Assembly (NCBI GenBank): GCA_035576005.1
Contig: DATLXH010000128.1
Coordinates: 5,257 to 69,256 of the forward strand
Reading direction: 5' to 3'
Length of the DNA: 64,000 nucleotides
From: Thermoanaerobaculia bacterium
Lineage (GTDB): Bacteria > Acidobacteriota > Thermoanaerobaculia > Gp7-AA8
The notes beneath the pieces are model-generated. The model saw only the letters and a list, made by a program, of their open reading frames with translations. It searched no databases and was not told where the DNA came from. The position numbers and the translations under genes are program-made. This document shows, one piece after another, positions 35,756-45,165 of this stretch; within the stretch, counting starts at the first letter, position 1; every line of letters starts with the position of its first letter.

Positions 35756-37477
35756 ATGAATCGTCCCGTCACTTCCACGAACCCCGGACCAATCCACCGG
35801 CAACTGCTTCTTCTCCTCGCCCTCCTACTCTCGACTCCGTCGCTCTTCGCCGAGTGGCGTGAGGTCGCCACGGGCGTCACTTTCCAGGACTTCAGTCCCA
35901 ACCCTCCCATCACCTATCACGTTGCAAGAATCCGTCTCGGGTCTGAGGGAATCCGCGTGATCGCGACTCGTGAAAATCAGCGAGGCTCCACCGTCACGAA
36001 GTTCGCGACCGCAACCAAAGCGCTCGTTGCAATCAACGGCGATTACTTCGACCAGAAAATGGTTCCCGTGGGTCCCACTGTCAGTCCATGCGGCCCATGG
36101 ACGCAGAAAGTCGCGCAAACGAAAAGAAACCAGGCCCTACTGGTAGTTGGCAAGGGACGGGCTGAGATCTACCCCTTTGCCGACATCCCATCGGAACTTC
36201 CGACGTGGTCGGGAAGCGCGATCTCCGGGTGGCCGATGCTTGTGAACGACTGTCGCGCCCTGACCGCCAGTGAGCTTCCGGGAAGCGACGCGTTCACTCG
36301 CTCGCCGCATGCCAGAACAGCTGTCGGAATCAGCAAAGACAAAAAGACTCTCTACCTTGTCGTTGTCGACGGAAGGAAGAATGAGTCCGCTGGAGTCACG
36401 CTCGCCGCTCTCGGAGAATTCATGGAGGAGGAGCTTGGAGTCTGTACCGCACTCAACATGGACGGGGGCGGGTCCTCCACGATGGCTGTGGATGGGAAGC
36501 TGGCCTCCAAACCGACCAGTGGCAGCGAACGGGTAGTCGCGAATCACCTCGCCGTCGTTCGGACGAAGAACCTGGCGTCATGCCTCGACCCTGCTATCGA
36601 TCCCGGTACCACTCTGAGAATGGCCTCGGCCGACCTGTGGCGCGACATGGACGAGATCTTCGGAAGGACAGGGGTTCCCAGTTCAGGAGATCTATACAAA
36701 GTGACCTTTCCGCGGAGCGATCTTGAATGGAACGTTTCGACTCTCGAAGACGACTCCGAGCGCGAGCGCGCGCTTGCGCTCGTTTCCACGGTCGTATTCA
36801 AGCGCTCCGGAGACAGCGTCTTGTTCGCGGGCGATCTTCTTCTCAGAGACGATGAAGTCAGCCAGGTCACTGCCGCACTACGCGCAGGCGACATTCGTCA
36901 GATCAACGTTCACAACCATCTTCTCAGGCAGACTCCACAGCCCGTCTACCTGCACATCGCTGGAGAGGGATCGCCATCAACAGTCGCTCACACCATTCGG
37001 AAAGCACTCGATCAGACGGGCACCCCCAGCCGCACTTCGACGGCCGCGACGACTCAGGCCAACTGGCCCGCCGGATCCATCGCTCTCATCGAACAAGTCC
37101 TCGGGCGAAGCGGCCAGGCTTCGGGACGCGTCGAACAATTTTCGATCGCCCGGAACGAAAAGATCACTCTGCGGGGGTTGACAGTGCCCCCACTGCTGGG
37201 TGCCTCCAGCTTGATCAACTTCCAACCGATGCCGGATCAGCAAAGCATCGTAACTGGCGAGTTGCTCCTGACAGAGGCCGAGATCGGGCCGGTGACCAGA
37301 GAGCTCGAAAGAGGGGGGTTCGAGGTCGCGGAATCTCACGAGCGCCTCGGTGACGAGCAGCCTCGACTCTTCGCGCTTCACCTCTGGAGTTACAGCGATT
37401 CCGCAACGCAGGCAGCGACGCTACGAGCCGCAATCGACCGGACGAATCACGTGAGAGTCAGACAGCCGGCGGAGTAG
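35756..37477 (+). CDS. secreted phosphodiester glycosidase family (DUF2233/NAGPA-like) protein with C-terminal extension
   Basis: Signal peptide. ALVAINGDYFD ... AVGISKDKKTLYLVVVDGR ... LNMDGGGSSTM is the DUF2233 core. Confidence 0.65.
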   Translation: MNRPVTSTNPGPIHRQLLLLLALLLSTPSLFAEWREVATGVTFQDFSPNPPITYHVARIRLGSEGIRVIATRENQRGSTVTKFATATKALVAINGDYFDQKMVPVGPTVSPCGPWTQKVAQTKRNQALLVVGKGRAEIYPFADIPSELPTWSGSAISGWPMLVNDCRALTASELPGSDAFTRSPHARTAVGISKDKKTLYLVVVDGRKNESAGVTLAALGEFMEEELGVCTALNMDGGGSSTMAVDGKLASKPTSGSERVVANHLAVVRTKNLASCLDPAIDPGTTLRMASADLWRDMDEIFGRTGVPSSGDLYKVTFPRSDLEWNVSTLEDDSERERALALVSTVVFKRSGDSVLFAGDLLLRDDEVSQVTAALRAGDIRQINVHNHLLRQTPQPVYLHIAGEGSPSTVAHTIRKALDQTGTPSRTSTAATTQANWPAGSIALIEQVLGRSGQASGRVEQFSIARNEKITLRGLTVPPLLGASSLINFQPMPDQQSIVTGELLLTEAEIGPVTRELERGGFEVAESHERLGDEQPRLFALHLWSYSDSATQAATLRAAIDRTNHVRVRQPAE

Positions 37478-37489
37478 CAGGTAACCCGC

Positions 37490-37990
37490 TCATCGGTCAG
37501 GGGGGATGGCATCGATGACCTGAAGAAATCCAGTCAGGCCGACTCGATCGAGCTCTTTTCGAGGGGCATTCTGATACGCGATGATCGAGCGGGATTGCAC
37601 GAGGAACTTGATTCCATCCCAGAAACGATCGCCATCGCGGGCAGAGAGAGAGCGAAGCTCCAGTGCGGTCTGCGGACTCATACCCAATAGAAGAGGAACG
37701 TCGCGAAACAACACCAGATGAGTCTTTGCGACCTCAATCCCGTCGCGGGTCCGTGTAAAGACGAGGCCGGTCGAGTCATCCGGGCTGGACACGATCGCGA
37801 ATCGCGCTGTCTCGCCGAGAGGGCCGAAGAGATCGGGATTCTGGTCGGCCCAGCGTTGCCAGGCAGCAGCCTCAACGAGCGGTCCGGTATAGGCAAAGCC
37901 GAGAATGAATCTCGGAAGCCTCTGTGGTGCATTAAAGGTCGAGACGAGGATGACGAGAAGCATCATGGCCGGCAGGATCCTGGCCTTCAT
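37490..37990 (-). CDS. hypothetical secreted protein
   Basis: Signal peptide and a 166-aa ORF, convergent with the upstream gene. Confidence 0.5.
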   Translation of the reverse strand: MKARILPAMMLLVILVSTFNAPQRLPRFILGFAYTGPLVEAAAWQRWADQNPDLFGPLGETARFAIVSSPDDSTGLVFTRTRDGIEVAKTHLVLFRDVPLLLGMSPQTALELRSLSARDGDRFWDGIKFLVQSRSIIAYQNAPRKELDRVGLTGFLQVIDAIPPDR

Positions 37991-38043
37991 TCACCGGTCC
38001 CGCTCATCTTGACAAAGGTAGCACGCTGACGCATAACAGACTC

Positions 38044-38355
38044 ATGAGAAGACGACTCGGGGTCACACTGCTGCTGGCTGTCGCAATCACGAGCGCGGCG
38101 CTCGCGGAAAAGCCCAAACCGATGGAGTGTGACGCCTGGTCCTGCGGCGAAAAATGCGCTCCAGCGAAATATGAAGCGGGGCGCAGTTACTGGATGCCGC
38201 CCTGGCTCCTGGCCAATCCCCTTTACGGAGCGGCAATCCTCGAGAGCGCTGCTGTTGGAGGACTGCTGCTGATCGGCGGCATCGCCAGACGCAAGCGGAT
38301 CGCAGAGCCCGCGTTCACTGGCACCGACCGGCTATCGGGAGAAGTCATTCCTTGA
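38044..38355 (+). CDS. hypothetical small secreted/membrane protein
   Basis: Signal peptide, Cys-rich N-terminal part (CDAWSCGEKC) and a C-terminal TM helix. Confidence 0.4.
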   Translation: MRRRLGVTLLLAVAITSAALAEKPKPMECDAWSCGEKCAPAKYEAGRSYWMPPWLLANPLYGAAILESAAVGGLLLIGGIARRKRIAEPAFTGTDRLSGEVIP

Positions 38356-38789
38356 AACGACTGGCTCCTTTCGGTCTGATCCTGACCCTGCTTTCTGCCG
38401 TAGCGCTGTCAGTTCATTCGGAGACAGCTCCGGCAAAAGAGGGGAAACAGGTCGTGTGCGCCCTGTGCGGGGACTACACCTTCGACGTGAAACACGCAGT
38501 AACCGGGAAGTACAAAGGGAAGCACATTCATCTTTGCAGTCTCAAGGAGCTCAAGCTGCTCGAGGCAAAACCCGATCAGTATGTATGGGCGATCGATGTC
38601 GTCAGCGGTCAGAGGGTCCACAAGCTCGATACACCCTTCACGGCGGACCGCCGGGTGAACGTCCGGAAAGTCAAAGAGAAGAACAGACGGGAAATCTGGC
38701 CGCGGAGATTCTTCTTCGAGTCGCAGAAGAACCGTGATGAGTTTCTGCGCAATCCGGCCAGATACCTGAAAGAACCATACGACGTTTAG
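38352..38789 (+). CDS. TRASH/YHS-like metal-binding domain protein, secreted
   Basis: ATGA overlap coupling with the upstream gene. VVCALCGDYTF resembles a TRASH/YHS CxxCG motif. Confidence 0.45.
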   Translation: MKRLAPFGLILTLLSAVALSVHSETAPAKEGKQVVCALCGDYTFDVKHAVTGKYKGKHIHLCSLKELKLLEAKPDQYVWAIDVVSGQRVHKLDTPFTADRRVNVRKVKEKNRREIWPRRFFFESQKNRDEFLRNPARYLKEPYDV

Positions 38790-38809
38790 TTACTGCCACG
38801 GAGTGAGTG

Positions 38810-39160
38810 TCATTCGAAGGGACTCTCCCCGCGAAACAGCTTTCTGAGCGCATCGCGCAGCGCCGAACCCTTTGCCGTGAGCCGGTACTCAGATCGCGGC
38901 GGATCGACGGAGATAACCTTCCGCACCACGAGCCGTACATCCTCGAGCTCCTGCAGCCGGGCCGCGAGCGTCGATGAAGACAGACCACCGAGCTGCGACT
39001 GAATTTCGTTGAAATGGACCCGCTCCCTGGCGGCGATCACATTCAGGACCTGCAACGCATGACGGCGTCCAACCGCAAACACGAGCGGTTCCAATGCACA
39101 GAAACACGAGCCGATCTCGTCGTCGAGTTCGATGCATCCACAATCCCGGGCCACATGCAA
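38810..39160 (-). CDS. HxlR-family winged-helix transcriptional regulator
   Basis: VLNVIAARERVHFNEIQSQLGGLSSSTLAARLQELEDVRLVVRKV...PPRSEYRLTAKG is HxlR-type wHTH. Confidence 0.75.
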   Translation of the reverse strand: MHVARDCGCIELDDEIGSCFCALEPLVFAVGRRHALQVLNVIAARERVHFNEIQSQLGGLSSSTLAARLQELEDVRLVVRKVISVDPPRSEYRLTAKGSALRDALRKLFRGESPFE

Positions 39161-39204
39161 AGACTAACGTAAGTTGCCTACGATGCGCGACGACCCGAAG
39201 GCCC

Positions 39205-39370
39205 GAATCCCTCTCCCCGGCGGGGAGAGGGTGGTCGCGTCAGCGACCGGGAGAGGGGCCGCGAGAGATACGATGACCGCGCGTTTTAATGGAATCGCGA
39301 GACTCTCACGCCCCTCTCCCTGCTTCGCTTCGCTCGCTTCCCTCTCCCCGCCGGGGAGAGGGAACGCCGC
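39205..39370. repeat. composite REP-like element (family R)
   Basis: CCCTCTCCCCGGCGGGGAGAGGGTGGTCGCGTCAGCGACCGGGAGAGGGGCCGCGAGAGATACGA...CCCTCTCCCCGCCGGGGAGAGGGA. Confidence 0.6.
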
Positions 39371-39485
39371 TTCGCGGCTCACTCACGCGGGCTTCGAAAT
39401 GTCGAAGTGCGTTTGACATCGGGGGCGGAAGGCGAGAGATTGCAATGAGCGGCGCCGGCCCGGACGCCGCCAGGAGCGCGAGCCT

Positions 39486-40811
39486 ATGACGACGAGTCCC
39501 ACCACACAGCCCGGCGGTTATGGAGTCGAGCTCAACGACAACCCTCGGATGGGTGCAGCTCCGCTCGAGAAAGTCTACGCATTCTGGCTCGCCGGAATGA
39601 GCTGCGACGGCTGCTCCATCGCTGTTACGGGCGCCAGCGATCCGCCAGTCGAAGATCTACTGTTGGGAAGGATTCCCGGACTGCCGCGGGTGATCCTGTA
39701 TCACCCCGTTCTCTCCGCCGAAGCCGGCGACGAGTTCATCGCGAACTTTGATCTCGCCGCCGAGGGAAAGCTCGATGCCCCGTACGTCATCATTCTCGAG
39801 GGCTCGGCCACTGATGATTCGCTGCTCAAAGGCGATGGTTACTGGGTCGGACTGGGAGCGCGCGACGTTGGCGGAACTGACGGAAAAAAAGTCATCTCGG
39901 TCATGGAATGGATCGATCGACTGGCTCCCGGCGCTGCAGCCATGATTGCCATCGGCACCTGTGCGACCTGGGGCGGAATTCCGTCAGCAGTAGGGAACCC
40001 TACCGGTGCCATGGGTCTGATGGATTACCTGGGGAAGGACTATGTCAGCGCCTTCGGCCTGCCGGTCATCAACATTCCTGGTTGTGCTCCAGTCGGCGAC
40101 AACTTCACCGAAGTCGTGGCCATGGTTCTTCAATTCCTGCAGGGAACCGGGCCTCTTCCGGAGTTCGATCAGCTCGGCCGCCCGGCCTGGCAGTTTCGCG
40201 ATACCGTACACAACCGCTGCGTTCGGGGTGGCTATTACGAAGAAGGGATCTTCGCCAAGGAGTACGGCGATCCTGAGTGCCTCGTCGAGGTCGGATGCTG
40301 GGGCCCTGTCGTGCAATGCAACATCGTCGAGCGCGGTGCCATCCGCCATCACGGCGGCTGCATGAATCAGGGAGGCATCTGCATCGGCTGCACGATGCCC
40401 GGATTCCCCGACAAGTTCACACCCTTTTACACCGCACCACCGGGATCGTTCTTTTCAGCCGCGACAGCGACTACAACCGGCAAGATCGTGCGTTTCCTGC
40501 GCAGCTTTACGAAAAGCTCAGGCAACCGTTCCGTTCTATGGGACAAGCAGAATTCGATGCCGAGTGGATGGGCCATGCAGGCCCGTCCTGAGGGCTACCT
40601 CGAACAGTTCGTTCATCACTTCTATCGCAAACGCCAACTGTCGAGCTCCCTCGAGCCAGGACGAACGATTCCGGAGACACAGTTTCGTGATGGGTACGAG
40701 GTTCCCAGGATGGCCGAGCAGAAAGAGGTCGGCCACGGGGACATGCCCGTGATCTCAGGCCAGGAGCGACGACGAGCGAAGCTCGCGCGTGACGCTGCCG
40801 GGCTCCCGTAG
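39486..40811 (+). CDS. [NiFe]-hydrogenase small subunit, no Tat signal (group 1h/5-like, HhyS-type) with long C-terminal extension
   Basis: CxxC...GTCATWGG, CPV, and distal cluster Cys pattern (CxxGC...C). No RRxF twin-arginine motif at the N-terminus. Confidence 0.9.
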   Translation: MTTSPTTQPGGYGVELNDNPRMGAAPLEKVYAFWLAGMSCDGCSIAVTGASDPPVEDLLLGRIPGLPRVILYHPVLSAEAGDEFIANFDLAAEGKLDAPYVIILEGSATDDSLLKGDGYWVGLGARDVGGTDGKKVISVMEWIDRLAPGAAAMIAIGTCATWGGIPSAVGNPTGAMGLMDYLGKDYVSAFGLPVINIPGCAPVGDNFTEVVAMVLQFLQGTGPLPEFDQLGRPAWQFRDTVHNRCVRGGYYEEGIFAKEYGDPECLVEVGCWGPVVQCNIVERGAIRHHGGCMNQGGICIGCTMPGFPDKFTPFYTAPPGSFFSAATATTTGKIVRFLRSFTKSSGNRSVLWDKQNSMPSGWAMQARPEGYLEQFVHHFYRKRQLSSSLEPGRTIPETQFRDGYEVPRMAEQKEVGHGDMPVISGQERRRAKLARDAAGLP

Positions 40812-40944
40812 CAGGTATGCGACTCATGATGAACTCGACAGGGGAGCGACACTGTCGGACCGGTTTCCCCGCACTGACGAGAATCTCTTCATTCAAACAA
40901 ACGGCGTTCTCTCTGCCACACCTCAGCTCCGAAGGAGCAGCTAG

Positions 40945-42804
40945 ATGTGCTTCAAGAATCTTCCAATTGAATTCGATGCCGCCGGTCGCGCTTCGCTGAT
41001 CGGCGGCGCTAAAGATCCGTTCGCGTATCAGCGGAAAGACATTTCCCGCGACGAGATTCGCAAGCTAATGGAGCAGAACGGTTTCGTTAAATCCATGGAC
41101 TTCGATCCTGTCACGCGCATCGCGGGAGCCCTGGCCTTTCATACGACCGTCGATCTCAAGCAGCGAAAGGTCCTCGAGGCAGCATCCATGGCCACGTTGT
41201 TCCGCGGCTACGAGGTCATCCTCAAAGGTCGTGACCCTCGCGATGCAATCTTCATCAGCAGCAGAGCGTGCGGGGTCTGCGGCGGCGTGCATGCCACCTG
41301 CGCATCACTGGCGCTGGAGATGGCCTTCGGAATCAAGCCTCCCCCGCTCGGGATCGTCATCCGGAACCTGGCCCTGAGCATGGAGTTCGTCTGGGACAAC
41401 ATCATGCATCTCTTCATGCTGGCCGGGCCGGACTACTCCGAGGAGATCATCAAGCGCACCGACCGCTGGCTCTGGGATCGGGCCACTCAGACGTCCACGA
41501 AGTTCGAGCACATCCACGGCTACAAGAATGTGGGCGCGATGCTGACCGATCTCAATCCACTGAGCGGAAAGCTCTACCTCCATGGACTCGAATTGACGCG
41601 AGTCGCTCGTGAGGGCTACGTCACGTTGATGAGCAAGTATCCCCATCCTGAGACGATCGTTCCGGGAGGAGTGAGTCACAACGTTACGGTGCAGAGCTTC
41701 AACATCTTCCGCAACCGGCTCATGAAGATGTTCGACTTTGCCAAGACGGCCATCGGAATCTGGGAAGAGATCACGAACTTTTTCTATGAAGCGAACCCCG
41801 AGTACAAGAAGGTCGGTACCCGCCCTCTGAACTTCGCCGACACAGGAATCTGGGACGATCCCTTTGCTTACGACGGAACGTACGAGAATTGCGACGATTG
41901 GGGAGAGCGCCGCTGGGCCACTCCCGGGGTCATCATCGACGGAAAACAGGTCACCACGAAACTTCGCCAGATCAACCTCGGGATCGAAGAGTTCATCGAG
42001 CACTCTTTCTACGAGCCATGGACCGGTCACCCTCACAAGACCGATCCCTCAGGCTCGCCACTCAGCCCTAACCATCCGTGGAACAAGGAGACCAAACCGA
42101 AACCAGAAGGGACGAACTGGCGAGAAAAGTACAGCTGGTCCACCGCTCCTCGCTGGGACCGCGTCGCTGTCGAGACCGGTACCTTCATTCGCATGTGGAA
42201 CACCGTGCTGGCCGGAAAGCTCCCTCATCAACGCTTCCTCGAGCTAACCGAGAACAGCATGCGCATCACCATTCCGGCCTTTGAGAAACCGGAAATGATC
42301 GCTGAGTGGAAGATTCCGGATCAGTGGAATGCCTTCGAGCGCAACCTCAGTCGCGCTTACGCAGTGGCCTACAACGCAGCGGTCGCTTACGACAACTGGC
42401 TCATCGGGATGGATCTGCTCAAAAAGGGAGACTCTCGAGTTTCCACGCCGTTCGAGGTCCCGAAAACGAACCGGCTCGGTGTTGGTTTCTGGGGTGCAGG
42501 ACGAGGCTGGCTCACACATCACATCGAGATCGACAAAGGCGCGATCGTCAACTACCAGATCATCACACCGTCAACACTCATGGCCTCACCGATGGATCCG
42601 TGGGGTAGTCCCGGCCCTTACGAGGAAGCGGTCCTGGCCACCCCCATTCTCGAGCAGTTCGAGAAGCCGGAGGACTTCAAAGGAATCGACATCCTTCGCA
42701 CGATCCGCAGTTTCGATCCCTGTATGCCATGCACTACGCACATCTACGCGGGGGATCAGGTTGTCACCCAGGACGTAAATACGTGTGCGTGCGGAGTGGA
42801 GTGA
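40945..42804 (+). CDS. [NiFe]-hydrogenase large subunit
   Basis: GAAGGAG RBS. L1 motif RACGVCGGVH near the N-terminus and L2 motif DPCMPCTTH at the C-terminus. Confidence 0.9.
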   Translation: MCFKNLPIEFDAAGRASLIGGAKDPFAYQRKDISRDEIRKLMEQNGFVKSMDFDPVTRIAGALAFHTTVDLKQRKVLEAASMATLFRGYEVILKGRDPRDAIFISSRACGVCGGVHATCASLALEMAFGIKPPPLGIVIRNLALSMEFVWDNIMHLFMLAGPDYSEEIIKRTDRWLWDRATQTSTKFEHIHGYKNVGAMLTDLNPLSGKLYLHGLELTRVAREGYVTLMSKYPHPETIVPGGVSHNVTVQSFNIFRNRLMKMFDFAKTAIGIWEEITNFFYEANPEYKKVGTRPLNFADTGIWDDPFAYDGTYENCDDWGERRWATPGVIIDGKQVTTKLRQINLGIEEFIEHSFYEPWTGHPHKTDPSGSPLSPNHPWNKETKPKPEGTNWREKYSWSTAPRWDRVAVETGTFIRMWNTVLAGKLPHQRFLELTENSMRITIPAFEKPEMIAEWKIPDQWNAFERNLSRAYAVAYNAAVAYDNWLIGMDLLKKGDSRVSTPFEVPKTNRLGVGFWGAGRGWLTHHIEIDKGAIVNYQIITPSTLMASPMDPWGSPGPYEEAVLATPILEQFEKPEDFKGIDILRTIRSFDPCMPCTTHIYAGDQVVTQDVNTCACGVE

Positions 42805-42848
42805 TCGGAGCCCGGGATTTCCGCTCCTTCACCTGAGCTGGCAGAACC

Positions 42849-43430
42849 ATGCGAATTCTCATCGCCGGCGTCGGCTATTCGAACCTGAGCGACATGTCGC
42901 TCGGTCCGCTGCTCATTGAGATCCTAACTCAGCGCGCATGGCCTGAGGGCGTGGAGATTGACGACCTCAGTTATGGTCCGGTCTTCATTTGTCACAGCCT
43001 CGGCGAGCGCCCCGCATATGACCGGATCGTTCTGATCGGCGCCGTGTCGCGGGAAGAGGCTCCTGGAACCATCCGGCGCTTTCGCTGGGCCCATGAGCTC
43101 CCCTCCACTGACGAGATTCAGGCCCGTGTCGTGGAGGCTGCCACGGGCGTCACCAGTCTGGAGAATCTGCTGGTGGTCTCCACATACTTCAAGAGGCTTC
43201 CTGCTGATGTCGTGGTGCTCGAAATCGAACCTTTCGTCGATACGTTCGGCGCTGCGCTCAGCGACGATCTGAACGCTCTTCTGCCAGCGTTCATCGAGGA
43301 GTTGACGCGAGTCTGGTCCAGCCCCGACCCGCTCCCTTTGCTCGAGACCTATCGATTCATCATCGCCAATCCCGCGGACAGGCCGACGGGTTGGATCATC
43401 CGCGAAGCAGACTGGGGAGGATCGAATTGA
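42849..43430 (+). CDS. hydrogenase maturation protease-family protein (HyaD/HupD-like, divergent)
   Basis: MRILIAGVGYSNLSD...GP N-terminus of the family, but it lacks the canonical DDG motif. Confidence 0.65.
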   Translation: MRILIAGVGYSNLSDMSLGPLLIEILTQRAWPEGVEIDDLSYGPVFICHSLGERPAYDRIVLIGAVSREEAPGTIRRFRWAHELPSTDEIQARVVEAATGVTSLENLLVVSTYFKRLPADVVVLEIEPFVDTFGAALSDDLNALLPAFIEELTRVWSSPDPLPLLETYRFIIANPADRPTGWIIREADWGGSN

Positions 43431-43456
43431 GAGTTTTTTGGGAACTCTCCATCGTT

Positions 43457-43690
43457 CGCGTGCTCCCCTCTCCCCGGCGGAGATCGTCTCAAAAGGCCAA
43501 GATGAAAAGCCGAACGGAGAACGCAGAACGAAGAATGAAGAATTTAGAAAGAAAAAAGCGAAAAAAGACTGAAAAAACTCGGAATCCCCCGCTTTGTTTT
43601 CTTCATTCTTCATTCTTCATTCTGCGTTCTGCGTTCGGTTTCTCAAATCTTACTTTTGAGACGATCCCCGCGGGGAGAGGGGAAACCAAA
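43457..43690. mobile_element. AT-rich ~230-bp inverted-repeat element inserted into a REP-like 23-bp palindrome
   Basis: Arms AGATCGTCTCAAAAGGCCAAGATGAAAAGCCGAACGGAGAACGCAGAACGAAGAATGAAGAAT ... ATTCTTCATTCTGCGTTCTGCGTTCGG..CTTTTGAGACGATC. Flanks are CCCCTCTCCCCGGCGG | CCCGCGGGGAGAGGGG. Confidence 0.5.
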
Positions 43691-43740
43691 ACCACTGAGG
43701 CGACTTCCTGTTTCGCAGGAATCCGCCTAGGATCACAGCC

Positions 43741-44514
43741 ATGAAAATCGCAATTGCCGGAAAGGGTGGATCGGGTAAGACCACGATCGGCGGAACGCTG
43801 GCGCGACTGCTCGCGCGTGGCGGCCTGTCTGACGTACTGGCCATCGACGCAGACTCCAATCCAAATCTCGCGCTCACGCTCGGTCTTTCGAGAGAAGCAT
43901 CACAGCAGCTCCGCCCGTTGACGCGCGACATTCTCAAACGGGTGACCGGCGAAGATGGAGAGCAGAGAACGGTGCTCGCAAAGACCCCCGCAGCGGTTGT
44001 GGATGAATACGGAGTGCAGACGCCCGATGGAGTCATGCTCCTGCTCATGGGACGCGTCGAGCACGCCGGCGCCGGCTGAATGTGCGGAGCCCACGCTGCC
44101 GTGCGCAGCCTACTGACTGAAATGATCGCAGAGAACGACCGTCCGACAATCGTGGACATCGAAGCGGGTCTCGAGCATCTGAGCCGGGGAACTGCACGCA
44201 GCGTCGACACGATGCTGGTGATCTTCGAGCCGTACTTCAAATCGATGGAGACGGGCGCACGCATGACGGCGCTGGCTCGGGAGCTGGGAATCCCCCGGGT
44301 CCTTGGAGTTGCCAATAAAGTGACCCCGGCAGATGAGAAAGACCTTGCCGCCTTCTGTCTTTCCCGGGACATGGAGCTGGCGGCGACAATTCCCCGTGAC
44401 GAAGTGATGGCCACGGCTGATCGAAACGGCTCCGGGCCACTGGACGTGAGTAGCAGCAGCCCCGCCATCGACGCGATCGGAAAGCTCGCGGAGCGCTTGA
44501 AAGCTGATGGCTGA
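43741..44514 (+). CDS. cooC: CooC-family (MinD/ParA-type) nickel-insertion ATPase interrupted by an in-frame TGA at codon 113 (first Cys position of the CxC Ni-binding motif). Selenocysteine candidate or pseudogene; the track splits it into 43741..44079 and 44080..44514.
   Basis: Deviant Walker A KGGSGKTT. Downstream DIEAGLEHLSRGT is the CooC hallmark. The sequence reads ...EHAGAG-TGA-ATG-TGC..., i.e. G-[U/*]-M-C. The second half has no RBS of its own. Confidence 0.6.
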
Positions 44515-44517
44515 CGG

Positions 44518-44997
44518 ATGAGGACACTCGTTGCAGGCTTCGGAAACATTCTTCTCGGCGACGACGGGTTCGGCGTCGAGGTGGTCCGACGCCTCGAGCG
44601 CGAAGGGAAGCTCCCTGAGAACACTGAGCTCATCGATGTAGGAATCGGTGGTTTCGATTTCGTTCTCCGCCTCATGGACGGATACGACCGGGTGGTTGTC
44701 GTCGATGCCGTGCGCCGCCGTGAAAGGCCCGGCACCCTCCATGTTTTTCGCCCTGCTCCGACGGACGTCGTCCTCGAGACAGGAGAACGTCTCGACCCGC
44801 ACTTTGCGGAACCGGCGCGAGCGATGATCATGGCCCGTCAGATGTCGTGCCTTCCTGACGACGTCACCGTGGTCGGATGCGAAGTACTGAGTTGCGATCT
44901 GGGCGTCGGCCTCAGCGAGCCCGTGGAAGCTGCAGTCCGGGAAGCGATGGACAGGGTCAAGTCTCTGACCCGCATTTTTCACGGAGCTTTGTCGTGA
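44518..44997 (+). CDS. [NiFe]-hydrogenase maturation endopeptidase (HupD/HoxW/HycI family); 3' end fused into a MITE
   Basis: GNILLGDDGFG (GNxxxxDDGxG) motif. The last ~9 codons are encoded by MITE-A sequence from 44969. Confidence 0.75.
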   Translation: MRTLVAGFGNILLGDDGFGVEVVRRLEREGKLPENTELIDVGIGGFDFVLRLMDGYDRVVVVDAVRRRERPGTLHVFRPAPTDVVLETGERLDPHFAEPARAMIMARQMSCLPDDVTVVGCEVLSCDLGVGLSEPVEAAVREAMDRVKSLTRIFHGALS

Positions 44998-45146
44998 GAC
45001 GGCGGAGAGTGGCTTGGATGCGAGGCGCACGGCGATTTTGCGACGAAGGCATAGTCGACACTATGTCGAGGAGCGAAATTGGCGTGCAACGAAGCAGACA
45101 GGCCGCTATCCGTCGTATCACGGCGAAGGTCTGTGAGAAATGCGGG
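44969..45146. mobile_element. MITE family A copy inserted at the 3' end of the hydrogenase protease gene
   Basis: CCCGCATTTTTCACGGAGCTTTGTCGTGAGACGGCGGAGAGTGGCTTGG ... GAAGGTCTGTGAGAAATGCGGG, followed by TTAATAA. Confidence 0.65.
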
Positions 45147-45165
45147 TTAATAACGGAGCACGCCC

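Noticed and set aside
41305-42036. 243-aa minus-strand ORF
   Set aside because: It is antisense to the [NiFe]-hydrogenase large-subunit gene, whose identity is secure from the L1/L2 motifs.
44077-44079. Interpreting the cooC-like split simply as two separate genes
   Set aside because: The second fragment begins at an ATG directly abutting the TGA with no RBS. The TGA and ATG together occupy the C-x-C motif of an otherwise colinear CooC homolog, so a single interrupted gene is the simpler reading.
43650-45030. 393-aa and 306-aa minus-strand ORFs
   Set aside because: They are antisense to cooC-like and protease genes that have strong family motifs, and their composition is Arg/Ser/Pro-rich and low in complexity.
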